A program made the translations under genes and the position numbers. A stretch of 63,869 bases of DNA, filler included, from Craspedostauros australis (taxonomy: Eukaryota), in the NCBI GenBank assembly GCA_030167865.1. It is 8 parts of 8 records of this genome, joined end to end, with 100 filler letters (N's around TTAATTAATTAA, not from the genome) between each part and the next. Parts side by side here need not be neighbours in the genome. Positions count along the whole stretch, not along the records: positions 1 to 31,717 come from JALAGF010004084.1; 7 more parts are not named here. The stretch is one strand, 5' to 3'. This document shows positions 1 through 12,236 of the stretch, one piece after another. The stretch's first letter is position 1. Every line of letters begins with the position of its first letter. The notes beneath the pieces are model-generated. The model was not told where the DNA came from and did no database searches. It saw only the letters and a list, made by a program, of their open reading frames with translations.

Positions 1-1848
1 AACTTCGAGACCGGCCACAACATTGGCAATGCCATCATCAAGAAGGCGCGGACGCTGGATGAGAAGCTCCCGACCTACTTCGTCATGGCCCAAGCGTTGG
101 GACGAGAGGACAAGGTGACAGAGTCTCTTTCCGTCAGCTTATCGGTAGCACGGAATTTAGGCGTGTTCCCAAGACGCTTTTACCTTTTCCATGTGGCGAA
201 TGATTTCCTGTGGATGAAGGCCCTCCTCAAGAACAACACGGACGAGGACATTCTGAATCTGCCCATCCTCCAGGACCCAAAGATACTGATGGCAGTACGA
301 TTCGTCCGTGAGATTGGCGTCCGATCTTTTCTCACCGGTGATTCAATACAATGGCTTGTGCAAGCGCTGAAACAGACCCGCACGACCATGCGATACGGGA
401 TCAGTCCCGAGTCTGCACCGGTGTTCGCATCACTGGGAATGATCTTCGACATCTGCGGCGAAGATCGAAGTTTGGTGATGCGGTGTGCTGGTATTTCGCA
501 CAAGCTCTTGCAAATCGTAGGCGGGCCGGAACAGGCTGGCTGGGTTCATGTGGTCACATCTGGAGCGATCTACGTAAGCAGCGAGCCCCATAGCAAATGC
601 ATCAAGGGCCTGGAGAAAGGCTATTCCCTTGGGATGGAATCTGGAAACTTCGAGTTGGGGCTGGTGAACCTTCAATGCAGCAAGGTGTTGGCGTTTTACT
701 TTGGATGCAAGCTTCAGCCTTTGGTGGGAAGTCTGGAGAATGTCCTCAAGCAATACCAAGTCTACAACATCAAAATGAACGATGACGCATCTGTGGCATT
801 ATTGATGGTGTCGCAATACTTGACGGGTGGCCAACCAATCGATTGGGATGACATCAAGGGACACACACAGCAGGACCTGAAGAAACGTGGCAGCGACGCA
901 AATCGGTTGCTAGCGAGATACCCTGCTTTGCTGGTGCCGACCATCCTCTTGCGCAAATACGAACTCGCACAGCAAATGACGAAGCTGTACTATGGTTTAC
1001 CAGATCACTCCAAGAACTATTGCTACGACACGACCGTCATGCTCGCCCAAGGACTGTCCTCGTCTGCCTTGTATCTCGCCACAGGCAAGGCCAAACACAA
1101 GAAGGAGCTGAAGCGGCAAATCGGCCTTGCCAGAGCCTTCGTCGCCAACAAGGGAAGCAATGCAACGAGCCTCTTGCAGTTGCTCAAGGCCGAGAGGCTC
1201 TCTCTGAAGGCCACAGGATCTGACCTCTGGACTATCCGCCGCGCAGAAGACGCCTACGCTATGGCCATCGTTGTGGCCCAGCAGGCATCGTTGACTCATT
1301 ATTGCGCCATTGCATGCGAGCAGGCTGCCGAACACTTCATTCGAGCGCTCGGGAGAGTCGCTCGCACCAAGCCCAGCCCGGATATGTACGCTTTGCAGAC
1401 CTCTCTCCGCGACTCAATCCGTAAGTACATGACACGAGCTGTGCAATACTACAGAGAGTGGGGATGTTCTGTCAAGGTCAAAGATATCCAAGAGCGCAGA
1501 TCCAAGTACTTGGACATTGGAGATGGGCGTGGCGAAGCGCAGCATCAAGGTGGTGACCACAAGAATGCTCATCAACGGGTTGTCGGTATTGACATCCACA
1601 ACACAACGGGGTCCATGGCTGATGCATCATCGTCACGTAATGGACGATCAGAGTGGCGGGCTGGAGTGGATGTGAACGATCACAAGACCAAATGGATGCA
1701 GGGTTCAGCGAAGGGCAGCGTTTCCGGGAGAGGGGGCGGCATGTCGTACATGTCCAACGATCATAGCGGCACGATGCATCAAAGCCATAGTCTTGAAGAA
1801 GACCATGAAGACGATGATGTTTCCGTGTTGACGGATGCATCAGGTTGA
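1..1848 (+). CDS. 5'-partial helical/TPR-like C-terminal region of a STAND-type ATPase / multi-sensor kinase-like protein (diatom-expanded family)
   Basis: Frame is open from base 1 to TGA at 1846-1848. Motifs resemble the helical region of bacterial-type AAA/multikinase sensors: MRYGISPESAPVFASLG, GMESGNFE, YAMAIVVA...AIACEQAAEHF...AVQYYREWGCSVKV. Confidence 0.6.
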   Translation, partial: NFETGHNIGNAIIKKARTLDEKLPTYFVMAQALGREDKVTESLSVSLSVARNLGVFPRRFYLFHVANDFLWMKALLKNNTDEDILNLPILQDPKILMAVRFVREIGVRSFLTGDSIQWLVQALKQTRTTMRYGISPESAPVFASLGMIFDICGEDRSLVMRCAGISHKLLQIVGGPEQAGWVHVVTSGAIYVSSEPHSKCIKGLEKGYSLGMESGNFELGLVNLQCSKVLAFYFGCKLQPLVGSLENVLKQYQVYNIKMNDDASVALLMVSQYLTGGQPIDWDDIKGHTQQDLKKRGSDANRLLARYPALLVPTILLRKYELAQQMTKLYYGLPDHSKNYCYDTTVMLAQGLSSSALYLATGKAKHKKELKRQIGLARAFVANKGSNATSLLQLLKAERLSLKATGSDLWTIRRAEDAYAMAIVVAQQASLTHYCAIACEQAAEHFIRALGRVARTKPSPDMYALQTSLRDSIRKYMTRAVQYYREWGCSVKVKDIQERRSKYLDIGDGRGEAQHQGGDHKNAHQRVVGIDIHNTTGSMADASSSRNGRSEWRAGVDVNDHKTKWMQGSAKGSVSGRGGGMSYMSNDHSGTMHQSHSLEEDHEDDDVSVLTDASG

Positions 1849-2518
1849 TCCCACAACGTGAGTGCAAAATTGGCATGGTGTCCATACCGCCTGCACATCA
1901 CGCAGCGTTGTTGTTTTCCAGCAGTGAACTCGCCCGTATTTGGACGAGGATACTGCCTGGCTCTGTTGACAACTAGTAACTCAGAGATGTGTTTGTAACT
2001 AAGAGACTAGAATACAATGTGAGTATGATTATGCATGGATTTTGCTTCATTGCTTTGGTCTGTGTTCGTTTTGCAACCCGGAGTTTCTCCTCTTGATTTG
2101 AAATGTAATCGCACATCTGTGTATGACCCGGTTGTGTGACGGGACCTGCCGTCGGTCCTGGAGAGGTGGCAACTTACGGGGCTTTCAACCAAACCACGCA
2201 CATATTCATAAACTAGAAACAATATAAGAATCCCAGTGGACGCCGATTTTGCTTCAATGTCTTCTTTTAAATTTTATCCAAGTGCTGGCATACGGTTGAA
2301 GGCCAGACGGAGCAGCAAATGAACCCCTTTTCACAGCCTCAGCAGAGACAACAGAGACGAGTCATGATAACCTCACATCACACACACACACACACGCTAC
2401 CCGCGTCGTCTCCAGGACTGATCTGCCCAAGAAAAAGTCTGGATCCACAAATGCACCAAAGAACACTCCAAACGGCAATCCAAAGAGCGCGTCATCGACG
2501 TCAACGACGTCTCAGAAG

Positions 2519-3631
2519 ATGAGAATGAGCACAGCACGCATGCCAACAGACGGCATGTACACAGCAGGACGACTTTCGGTGGCGTCCTACAACGTTTGGT
2601 TCGGTCCGCCGGACCCAGCAGCACGAGGTGTGCACCCAGAAGAACGCATGGATGCCATCGTGGATCTTCTCCATGACAGGAGCATCAACTTCAACAACAG
2701 TCCATCATCAAAGGATGGCAAAAGAATGCATGACTTCATTGGCTTTCAAGAGGTCACGATGGAGCTGGCCGGCATTCTGGTGCCCAAGCTCAAGTGCCTT
2801 GGGTACCATGTTGTGCTGCAGCCCGAGGTCGCCAACGCCTACGGCTGTGCATTGGCAGTTCCAAGATCAGCATTCAATGCGATGGACCGATCCAATGCGG
2901 AAACCAAGTCCTCCTTGCCATTCTCGACATTCACGCCTTACTGCAACTCCGTGATGGCCAGAGGCATTCTCCATTTCCGAACCGCGACGCACCTGTACTG
3001 CACCACGCATCTGGAGTCCTACCTCTCGAAGGAGTCCGACGGATCAAAGCAGCGCGAAAGACAGATGCTGGAGATCGAGAACTTTTGCAAGCGCCAGTTC
3101 CAGCTATTTCCCTTGTTGGAAGCTGCGATCGTGCTGGGAGATCTGAACTGGGACGACGAACGGGCGAGGTCGACGGGGGCCAACCGGATGCTGCTGGATA
3201 CTCTGCACGACAGCTCTCAATGGAAGGACACGTGGTTGGAATGGCATGGCACCACTGCCTCCACCCCCGTCGCCGCCGGTGCAAAACGAAAGTCCGCAAA
3301 GCCGAAGAAAATCCCTATCGGGGGATTCACGTATGATGGCAAGCTAAACCCCATGCTCAGCGGCAGCCTGCGGCGGCGCTTCGATCGGTGCCTGGTGTTC
3401 GCCAACGAAAGCAAGGTTGATGTCTCCTCGTACAACGTCGATGACTTTCGACTGGTTGGCCAGTCGGCATTGGTCGACAAACGAACCAAGCAGCCGCTGC
3501 AGTACAGAAAGTTCAACCCGTGGCAAGAAACCCACAGGTCGGTACCCGTTGCCGCCTCCGACCACTTCGGACTGGTGATATCGCTCTCCACCGATGCTCA
3601 GAGCGCGGGAGGCGATCCTGCTGCGTCATGA
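2519..3631 (+). CDS. TDP2: Tyrosyl-DNA phosphodiesterase 2-like EEP-family phosphodiesterase
   Basis: Full ordered EEP motif set: SYNVWF, FQEV, TTHLES, GDLNW, DTW, FTYD, RFDR, SDHFGL. Intronless. Confidence 0.85.
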   Translation: MRMSTARMPTDGMYTAGRLSVASYNVWFGPPDPAARGVHPEERMDAIVDLLHDRSINFNNSPSSKDGKRMHDFIGFQEVTMELAGILVPKLKCLGYHVVLQPEVANAYGCALAVPRSAFNAMDRSNAETKSSLPFSTFTPYCNSVMARGILHFRTATHLYCTTHLESYLSKESDGSKQRERQMLEIENFCKRQFQLFPLLEAAIVLGDLNWDDERARSTGANRMLLDTLHDSSQWKDTWLEWHGTTASTPVAAGAKRKSAKPKKIPIGGFTYDGKLNPMLSGSLRRRFDRCLVFANESKVDVSSYNVDDFRLVGQSALVDKRTKQPLQYRKFNPWQETHRSVPVAASDHFGLVISLSTDAQSAGGDPAAS

Positions 3632-4374
3632 CCGCACGAGTAACCAAAGAGGACATGCAAGGTGGGATTGGGTCCTGGCAGAGGAACATGGCAACTGAAG
3701 ACTCCTTCTATTCGCGTTCTGGACTATTCCAGGCACCAACCATTACTATAGCTCGTTCTATTGCATTGACTGCAGATACAAACACTCTCAAGGTGCTCTT
3801 TCTCAATAGTATAATAGTTGTATGGTATGGTATAATAGTATGGTAGTCGTATGGTATGCTGATGCAGCTTGGGACGATCGGCACAAATCGCCTTTGCGCG
3901 GACCGGAACGGATGACACAAGCAATTCTTGTGGCGTGAAGTTTTTGATCTTTTTCTCGTTTTGAACGATCGCCATTGCCGTTATTGAAGCGTTAATCCAA
4001 GAAATTCTCTCCAAAGAGCGAAGTCGCCACAACGTTTCCATCGTTTCTTGGTCGTTTCCAAACATCCGCTGTTTCGTGAGATCAAGTGGACACGTTCTGT
4101 GCGCGGAGATGGAACGATCACGATGACGTGCGTCCAGGTACTGGTTTGGCGATTCCATGGCACGACTGTGGGGAACACAAAAATGGATTCCGCCGAGAAC
4201 ACTTGCATCCATAACATCGTTGTTGAGAGCACCTCGTTGAGGTCTTCAGTGGACAACATCAAACAAGAACAGACCAGCGAACGGGCAGACCAGCGATCAC
4301 CTGAAGGAAACACTTGCAGGGAGCAGGCGCAAGAACATCGCCCGAACGCGGGTTGAGAGCGACCAAGAAGAAGG

Positions 4375-7300
4375 ATGTCGTCGAGGGTGCTGGTGTTCCC
4401 CATCGACGCGCCGATCCATTCCATCAAGACGGATGATCAGCGCAAGAACTACCATGCGAGCTTGAACATTCGCTGGGGCAAGCACATGTCGTGGGATGTG
4501 CAGATCGGAGACGTCGTGGCGGTCGCCATCGCGGCGAACGGGGATGCTGCAGACAGCGAGGATATCGTGGTGACGAGACGCACCATCATGGACTGGCATC
4601 CCGAGCAGAACAAGAAAGAATGGCAACCTGCGCTGGTGCTGGGTCTGCAGGAGATGCTGTCGCGAAACGGGGAAGCGCGCTTCGTGGCCCACGTGCAGTG
4701 GCTTGTGATGGCGGCGCAGAACCCAGCCATAGCGAAGCAGCTCAAGAAAGAGTCCGTCTTCCATCCGCAGCTCCAGCTCCCCTACATCATCTTGTCGACG
4801 CCGCAGCAGGGGGAGGTGGATCTCAGGCGCATCTATCCGACCAAGATCACCATGATCGACAAGGTGCTCCTCAAGGACAAGACATTTCACAAGGAGGCAC
4901 GGCACGAGGAATGGTGGTTTCAGATGTACTTTCACTGTGCCAAGGCTGTCCACGGTTTGAAGACGACTGCGACGAAGCCAAAAGCGAAGATCACGCTGTC
5001 ATCGCAGCGCCATGATGACTGGCAGTTCCTCAGCTACATCGACGGCCACAGATACCAGACCGACAGAACGAAGCTGCCGAAGGGGTTGCAGGTCGGGTGG
5101 AACGAGTGGACCGACATCAAGGATCTCACCGCCATCGGTGACATGCAGCTGCTGCTCGCGTGCGTAGAGGGATTCCGCAAGGTCCGCTGGGAACGGCTTC
5201 GAAAGGAGTTCTCACAGATAGAACAGGAGCAGGAACACCACCAGCAGGAACAGCAGCAGCAGCAACAGCAGCAGCCGTTCCGAGAAAATTGCCATATCTC
5301 TCCCAAGGCGGTGTCCAGCGCCATGCAATTGATTCCTGCAACGCTGAAGCCCAGCACCCGGAAACGGCGAGATTCGTCGTCGAAACCAGCATCCACCAAT
5401 AAACGCGTTCGAATCTCAACAGCACCACAAGTTGCAAGTTCGGCATCAGCATCAGCAGCGAAAACGTCAAAGAACGCACAGCCATCCACCAAGTCACGAC
5501 GTGCATCGTCAAAGCCACCATCTAAGTCGACAGGAAAACCGAGCAGCACCAAGCGATCGAAACGAAGGAGCGATGTCGTGGGGAGCACAGTTGGGTCGAC
5601 ACCAACCCGACGTATGGCAAAGCAGAAAACTGCTTCCTCTGCACATGCTCAGCAGCGGCAGCACGATCCAAGCAGCCTCAGTCTACCCCAACACGAGGAA
5701 CTGGATGACCACGGCATCCAGCGAATAGAAGGCCCCGATCCAATCAAGGCTACTCCCATCCGGCACTCCGAACGCATCAGAGAAATCAGCGGGCGGCAGT
5801 ACTTCTTGCAGATTATCCTGCCCGTTGACACTTCTCAACTGTCCTACGATGCCAACATGATGTCACAAGGTGGGCATGAATGGGACGTGAAAGTCGGGCA
5901 AGTTGTGGCCGTTGCCTGCATCGATTCAATTCTGCCTACCACCATGCTGCCAGCTCACAATGGGAATCCGTGGCATCCCTTCAAACAGCCATGGAGTCCA
6001 GCGCAGATCGTGGGGGTGTTCTGCGACGTCCATACCAAGGAATGGAACCTTCAAGTGCGGTGGCTGAACCGCTTCGCAGACTATACCTCCAGCCGGCAGC
6101 AGGGGGTGATCCACAAAACCTTCGGCTCCAATGCCAGCGCCTGCCACGTGTTCTTCGATTGCAAGAGAGTCGACATGGTGCCCATCCTCTCTGTGCTCCC
6201 TGCCCACGTCCGGGTCAAGACCGACGACGGGTCTGATTGGTCTCCCGTCATCTCCAGCCAATCGTTGATCCCCACGCTACACATCAAGTGCACTCACAGA
6301 ACGTCCGGGGCGAAGAAATTCACATGCAAGAAGATAGACGACTGGGAGAATTATCACGACGAAGCGAACACATTCCCCAAGGCGCTCCAGTACGGGCTCA
6401 AGGGCGTCTACAAGGACGTCTACTCCCCAATCTTCAAGGCGGCCAAGTACAACGCGATGGTAGCCGCAGCGCCAGTGGAACTGAAAACGCGAGTTTGGGC
6501 AAGCCAAGGCATCACTTTCTTTGATGCTGCCGAGATTCCGATAGCGCACGTGGCCCTGCTGAAGAAGCCATTCGGTCCAAACCAACTCAGCCAGACGATC
6601 GCCGTGGGTGACGTCGTCCCCACCATGCTGGAATCCTCGGATGATTCGTTCATCTCGCGGCCTGGCGCAGCGATCAATCCATTCCGATGCGACTTTGACA
6701 TGGCGCAGATCGTGGCCATCCTTCAAGGGCCGGGAGATGCCATTCGCCTCCAAGTACGTTGGATCATCCGGTTCCAAAATCTGGATTTGCAGCAGGTCAT
6801 GCAACTGCAAGACTTCCAAAAGCCGTTCAATGTCTTCGAGACCGAGCATTACGACACCATACCGATCGATCGCGTTCTCCCTGGCAGGGTCATCCTCACG
6901 TCGTGCCCGAAGGAAGGCATGGATGAAGCCAAGCATTGGAAGCCCGTCAAGGGTCCTGAGAGTGGATTGCCGATCATACCGATGCTCTGCAAGCACATGC
7001 TGTGGGATGACGAAGTTGAGGATGTGCAAGATTGGAACTTGTTCGATGTCAGCATGAAAGCATTCCCCGCCCCCTTGGTTCGTGGCCTCACGAGCAAACC
7101 ACCGAACCGGACGAACAAGGAATGGGTTGACATGCTGTTCCGTGCGTACAGAATGTCAATGGCGAAGCGGCATGTTCCCATCGATGCAAGCGTCTTCGGC
7201 ATTTGGGCAGGCGAAGCGAGCGCCGAGAATGACAAATTTGCCACGCTGCATGCCGAACTCGTCACTGTCAGCTGCGGACCATGTCTGGGTTCCTGCAAAA

Positions 7301-10300
7301 CAACGCACGGTGCCGAGGAGCTGCTGGAGAGCGCATCCGCTTCCATCGTCGTCAAGCGGTACGCATCCCTGCCGAAGGGTCCCAAGGCAGCGCACGGCAA
7401 AGCATGGACCTTCAAGCTCGGAGACCTGGTTTGCTACGCGAATGGTGATGCCGCTATCACCAAACCGTTCGGCAATGCAGCAAACTCGGTGAACCCATGG
7501 CATCCATTCTACACCAAGTGGTCGTACGCACAAGTCGTTGCCATTCGCAAACAAGGCGAGGCCGGCATCACGGTTGATCTCCGCTGTTTCTTTCGACCAT
7601 CCGAACTGCCAGACTCGGTCGCCACCTGCGCGCCACCAACGCTGCACGATGGCAAGAGAACAGTGTTCGAGTCCAACGAGTTGCGCCTGGGTCTTCCGGC
7701 AGCTTTCATTCTTGGTCCTGCGCTTCTCTTTCTGGGTTGTCACAAGGTCTCTCGGAGCCTATTGCGTCAAAATTCGTCGCTCCTTCCCGCAATGACTTGC
7801 AGATCCCAATACTTCTTCCATCTGGCAACGAACCAATTCCAGCCGATCCAACACCTTGAGATATCGCCAGCCAGCTGGCATCAATACTGCCAGCAGCGTG
7901 GACTGTTCGCTTGGGCGTCTCAAGAAGGCCTGTTCAGTTCTGCCAAGGCGATCATCGCAACGTACCTCCAACACCAAACCACGACCGAAAGCAAAAACCC
8001 GACGATATTTTCGCAATCAGACGCTCCGATTCGAGCAAGCATCAGCCTCGAAGATGACGCATCGGGATCGCAGGGGAAACGGCTCCGTATGCTTACACCT
8101 GAAGCCAAACTCGCCCTGTTGGCGTCAAGTGCCCACGACGAACAATTGGCCGTCAACAACATCCCTTGGGATGCCCATGTCGGAGACTACGTGGCATTCG
8201 AAAACGGCGAAACTGGGTTCGACGCGGAGTTTCCCTTCACAGTCAAATGGAAGTGCGGTCGCATCGTGGATATGTCCGCGCGCAACCAAAATTCCAGCAA
8301 AACAGAAGCATTGAATAGCAGCCCGATTGTCGTGGCCGTAAGACCATTGGTCGCAACGCCGTACAACCGAGGCGATGGGTTCATCTTGGAGCTCGAGGAA
8401 GATCCGAAAGCTTCGATTGTGGAGCTCTCCCCGCAAGATATTCTGGCACCACTCTCCATGATATCTCCCGGGGTACGCATGCGCTCAATGTGGCAACAAG
8501 GCATCCCGCGCCTGCCAGTCATCCTGTGCACTCGTCCGCCACAGGCCGCTGCGGACGATTCGCAACTGCCTGCTGCGACGCAACGCACTTCGCCCAGTTC
8601 TGACGATGTCAAAGACACGAAGGCTAGGAGCACGGACAAGCATCACGCCTTGCTCGCTTCTGCACCAACGCACGAAGACGCGTCGTCTCGACAAGTGTTT
8701 CACGACTCGTTTCTGATCACTCCACCCTACGACAGCTACTCGGATGACGTGCATCCGCAGCAACCACCCACAAATCGATGGGAAGTCCGCCGAGGCGACA
8801 TCGTAAGCGTCATGCTTGGTCCGCAGCACAAGAAGCGCTACCCAATGCAAGTTGGATGGGGCGTTGTGCAAATCCTCGCCATCTGGATGTTACACGACGA
8901 CTTCCACAGCGCCGAGCCATCAATACAAGGGGATCACAAGTCTGCCATAGATTGTGTTGCACTGCCCAAATCCAAGGTTCACGTGGAGATACGGTGGTTC
9001 TGGGACTCGTCGGATATCGCTGGCTCTAGTTCCAGACGGAACACCGTTGACCCCAGCAATGAGCTCTTCGAAACTGACCATGTGGATGTGATAACGGCCG
9101 AGAGCATCCTGTCACCCGCGAAGCTCTATGCAGATTCCAACAGCATTGTGCACATGGATTCCCAGCAAGGGATGCCCGTTCCTCAATTCCAGTGCCAACG
9201 ATTTTGGTCTGTGACGAAGCAATCTCTTGTTCCCACGGGAGGCTTGGAGGGACTGGTCCAACGTGGCAACCTTCATTCGAAGTTCTCTCACGTCAACGCC
9301 TCACGCCATCAACAGCAACAGAGACAGCTGCCGGGTGCTGACGGGAGGTCGGCATCAACCTGGCAGCAGTCGTTTGCTAGCGTCATACGCAAGCTGACCT
9401 TGAAGGATGCGTCGACAGCAGCGTACGAGAAGAGCGAGACGTTGGTGGGTCGCGAAAGCGAACTTCATCGATTGCACACGTTCCTGACAGCTGCAATCCG
9501 AGGCGATCGAGCCAACGGCGATGTGAAGAGCTCCATCCTTTTGGCTGGTCCTCCTGGAGTAGGTAAGTGACGACATTGGCCAGCATCCCAATTTTGCTGC
9601 TGCGGACAGTGAGCCACAGCGATTGGTGCAATCTCGTACTCTTCTCTTATTCGTACTTGGAGTACCGTGCCTACATTCTCTCGGCACGACACGCGAATCC
9701 TGTATGACAGCGTCAAGAAACGACAATGCATGGGCACAGAACGATCGGCCACTACAAGTAGTGCCGCGGTTGGTTGCATCGTTCTCTCCGTTCGCCCCTC
9801 CCAGGACAGCAACGCCATCCACCAATGCTTCCTTTCTCATTCCATTTCGATTTTTGCGTTTACTGCCGCACTCGCGCTTGCACTCTATCACTCTGTGTCG
9901 GCCAGGCAAAACTGCGTGTGTGCGATCTGTGATGGAAAGCCTCAACACCGAGCAACGCCAAGGACGACTTCCAGCGTTTCGATTCATCAAGCTGAACGGC
10001 ATGGAAATGAACGACCCTCGCGAGGCATACGTGCGGTTGTGGAATGCCCTAGAGGGAAATGGAGCATTGCAATCGCCCGATGTGGCCTGCAGAAACCTGG
10101 AAGCGTACTTCACTCGCAAAGGCAAACCGGCGCCGAATGAATTGGTCTCTGTCGTCCTGTTGGATGAGATTGATTATCTCGTGACTGATCAACAAACGGT
10201 GCTCTACAACTTCTTCGACTGGCCACAGCGTGTGGCGGAACAGGAGAGTGGACGGCGGTTGGTCGTAATTGGTATCTCAAATACCCTCAACCTCGCTGAG

Positions 10301-11772
10301 CGCCTCATGGGCAGAGTGCGATCTCGCGTGGGCAAGGAGAAGCTGAGCTTCCTTGCGTACGATGTTGCCGAGATCGTGAAGATCTTGAATTCGAAGGTTG
10401 AGCAGGCGAATCCAGTAAGTCTTCTTCGTTCTCTTCTTTGGGCTGCATGCGGCATACCACCGTGATGCGAAGAGCGCGCTCCACTTGTTTGGACTGCGGT
10501 GCCTCGCCGCAAACGCCTGTGATGGTGATTGGTGCTGGTACTGCTGATGTTTCTACTCTCTTTACATTGCTCCGCTCTCTTCGTGTACCCCGCTCGCAGA
10601 TGTACACATCATAGGACGACTAATGGGGAGGATGCTGGTGGCAAGAGCTTTGCACAGGAGCTCTTTCTGTTGGCTCTCGTCACAAACAGTATTGTGGGTT
10701 GTCTTCGCAACCGACAATTACCATAGTCACACACGCACGAGGTTTTGCATCACATGATCCAATATTCGTCTCAACCATTGCCTTGCTTTCATCTTCGCAC
10801 GACGCAATCAACAACCGGCTCGACAACTGTCTCCTGAAGACGCACCCCGTGTTGCACAAAGACGCCATCACGTTCGCGGCGAAGAAGACGGCTGCCCTGT
10901 GCGGAGATATCCGGAAGGCATTCCTCCTTTGTCGTTCGGCGGCTGAAGCAGTGAAGGCTGATTTCATCCAAAACGCCAAAGATGACCCAAATGCATCACC
11001 GATTGTGCGTGTCCCGGACATCCAAAAGGCCAGCACCCGATCCTTCTTCAACGCATCTCAGATCGAACCAATCTCTACATCTTCAGCCTATGAAGCGCTC
11101 CTGCTTGTTTCAATCGCAGCGTTGCGGAAGCACACGGGACGCGAAGTGGGGAACTTTGATATCCAAGAGGTCATGGCAAAGATGAGTGCCGTCGCATCTT
11201 CCAGCGGATATCCGCTCTTCGCACAAATCCCGACTTTCGATCAGACGTTGCGCTTGCTGGAGCAGCTGCACCAAGTAAGTGGGACCGATGATTGGATGGA
11301 TACCTGTGTGCATGTGTGTGTAGTCGTTATTCATGTGTGGTTGCGTGGTTATTGCGATATTTTGCACGCCATGTGCAAGGCGGGCTGATTCCTTTCACAC
11401 CACCTACCATGTGAGATGTATCCGCCACTTGACGGTGGCTGCATAGCTTCGCGCCCGTATAAATCCGGTTCACCCAGCGCGCACGACGATGAGAGATGTT
11501 CGACCGACGCCACGCTAAACTTCTCATCACATTTCTATGTCCTTTTCCATAACTACCCGCACACCCGCACATGTGGCGTTGATCCCATGACACCGTAGCG
11601 AACTCTCGTTCAACTTGCCACAGCGCGGAGCACAAGCTCCAGTTTCAGAGCCTCTCGCGGCGGCAGCGGAGGTGCGTGGCCATTGATCACTTTGCCTGTC
11701 GAATCCAGCACGCTGCTCCGAGGCTTGCGGGACACACCATACGCAGCATTCGCACGCAAATTCTTGTCGTAA
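4375..11772 (+). CDS. ORC1: Origin recognition complex subunit 1 (Orc1/Cdc6 AAA+ family) with a very long multi-BAH N-terminus, ~2100 aa. Exons 4375-9562, 9906-10414, 10840-11274, 11599-11772
   Basis: Splicing three GTAAGT..AG introns restores LVGRESE, Walker A GPPGVGKT, IKLNGMEM, Walker B VLLDEIDYL, VLYNFFDWP, VIGISNTLNL, RVRSR, sensor-2 GDIRKA and a winged-helix-like C-terminus ending at TAA 11770-11772. The BAH-like N-terminus favours ORC1 over CDC6. Confidence 0.85.
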
Positions 11773-12236
11773 GCGTCTGTCATATTCTACCGTCATCGGC
11801 ATGATACTAGATAACACTGGGCCGTTCTACTCTAGGACAAGGTCGTGCTGGTGGGCAGCAGGTCTGTAAATGACTAGAGCGTTCTAATCTGCAAAACTCA
11901 TGGTCTCTAACTCCAGTTCGGGGTTGGGGGTGTGCACCGTCGACTTCAAATCTCGATGGCCAATGGTTGTACGCATCCGTATCAAGGGTGGGCCTTTCAC
12001 CGTACGCGTATGTTGTGGAGGTCAGACGCCCTTCAATTCCCCTCGTAGAGCCCATGATGAAGTACGCGCAAAAGGGTTTGGGGAGTCCTGCAGTACTCTG
12101 CGAGCTCATCGTACTATCCAAGTGCTCGTATTCTGCTCGAGAGCATAGTATTCCATAGCCATACTCATGCAATAGTTGACTACCATTCCAGAGTATCGAT
12201 ACTGCTTGTATGATGTTATACTCGTACCAAACATCC

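Noticed and set aside
9623..11388. ORFs 9623-10465 and 10699-11388 as a separate CDC6 gene
   Set aside because: They are exons of ORC1. Walker A is completed only by splicing to the upstream exon.
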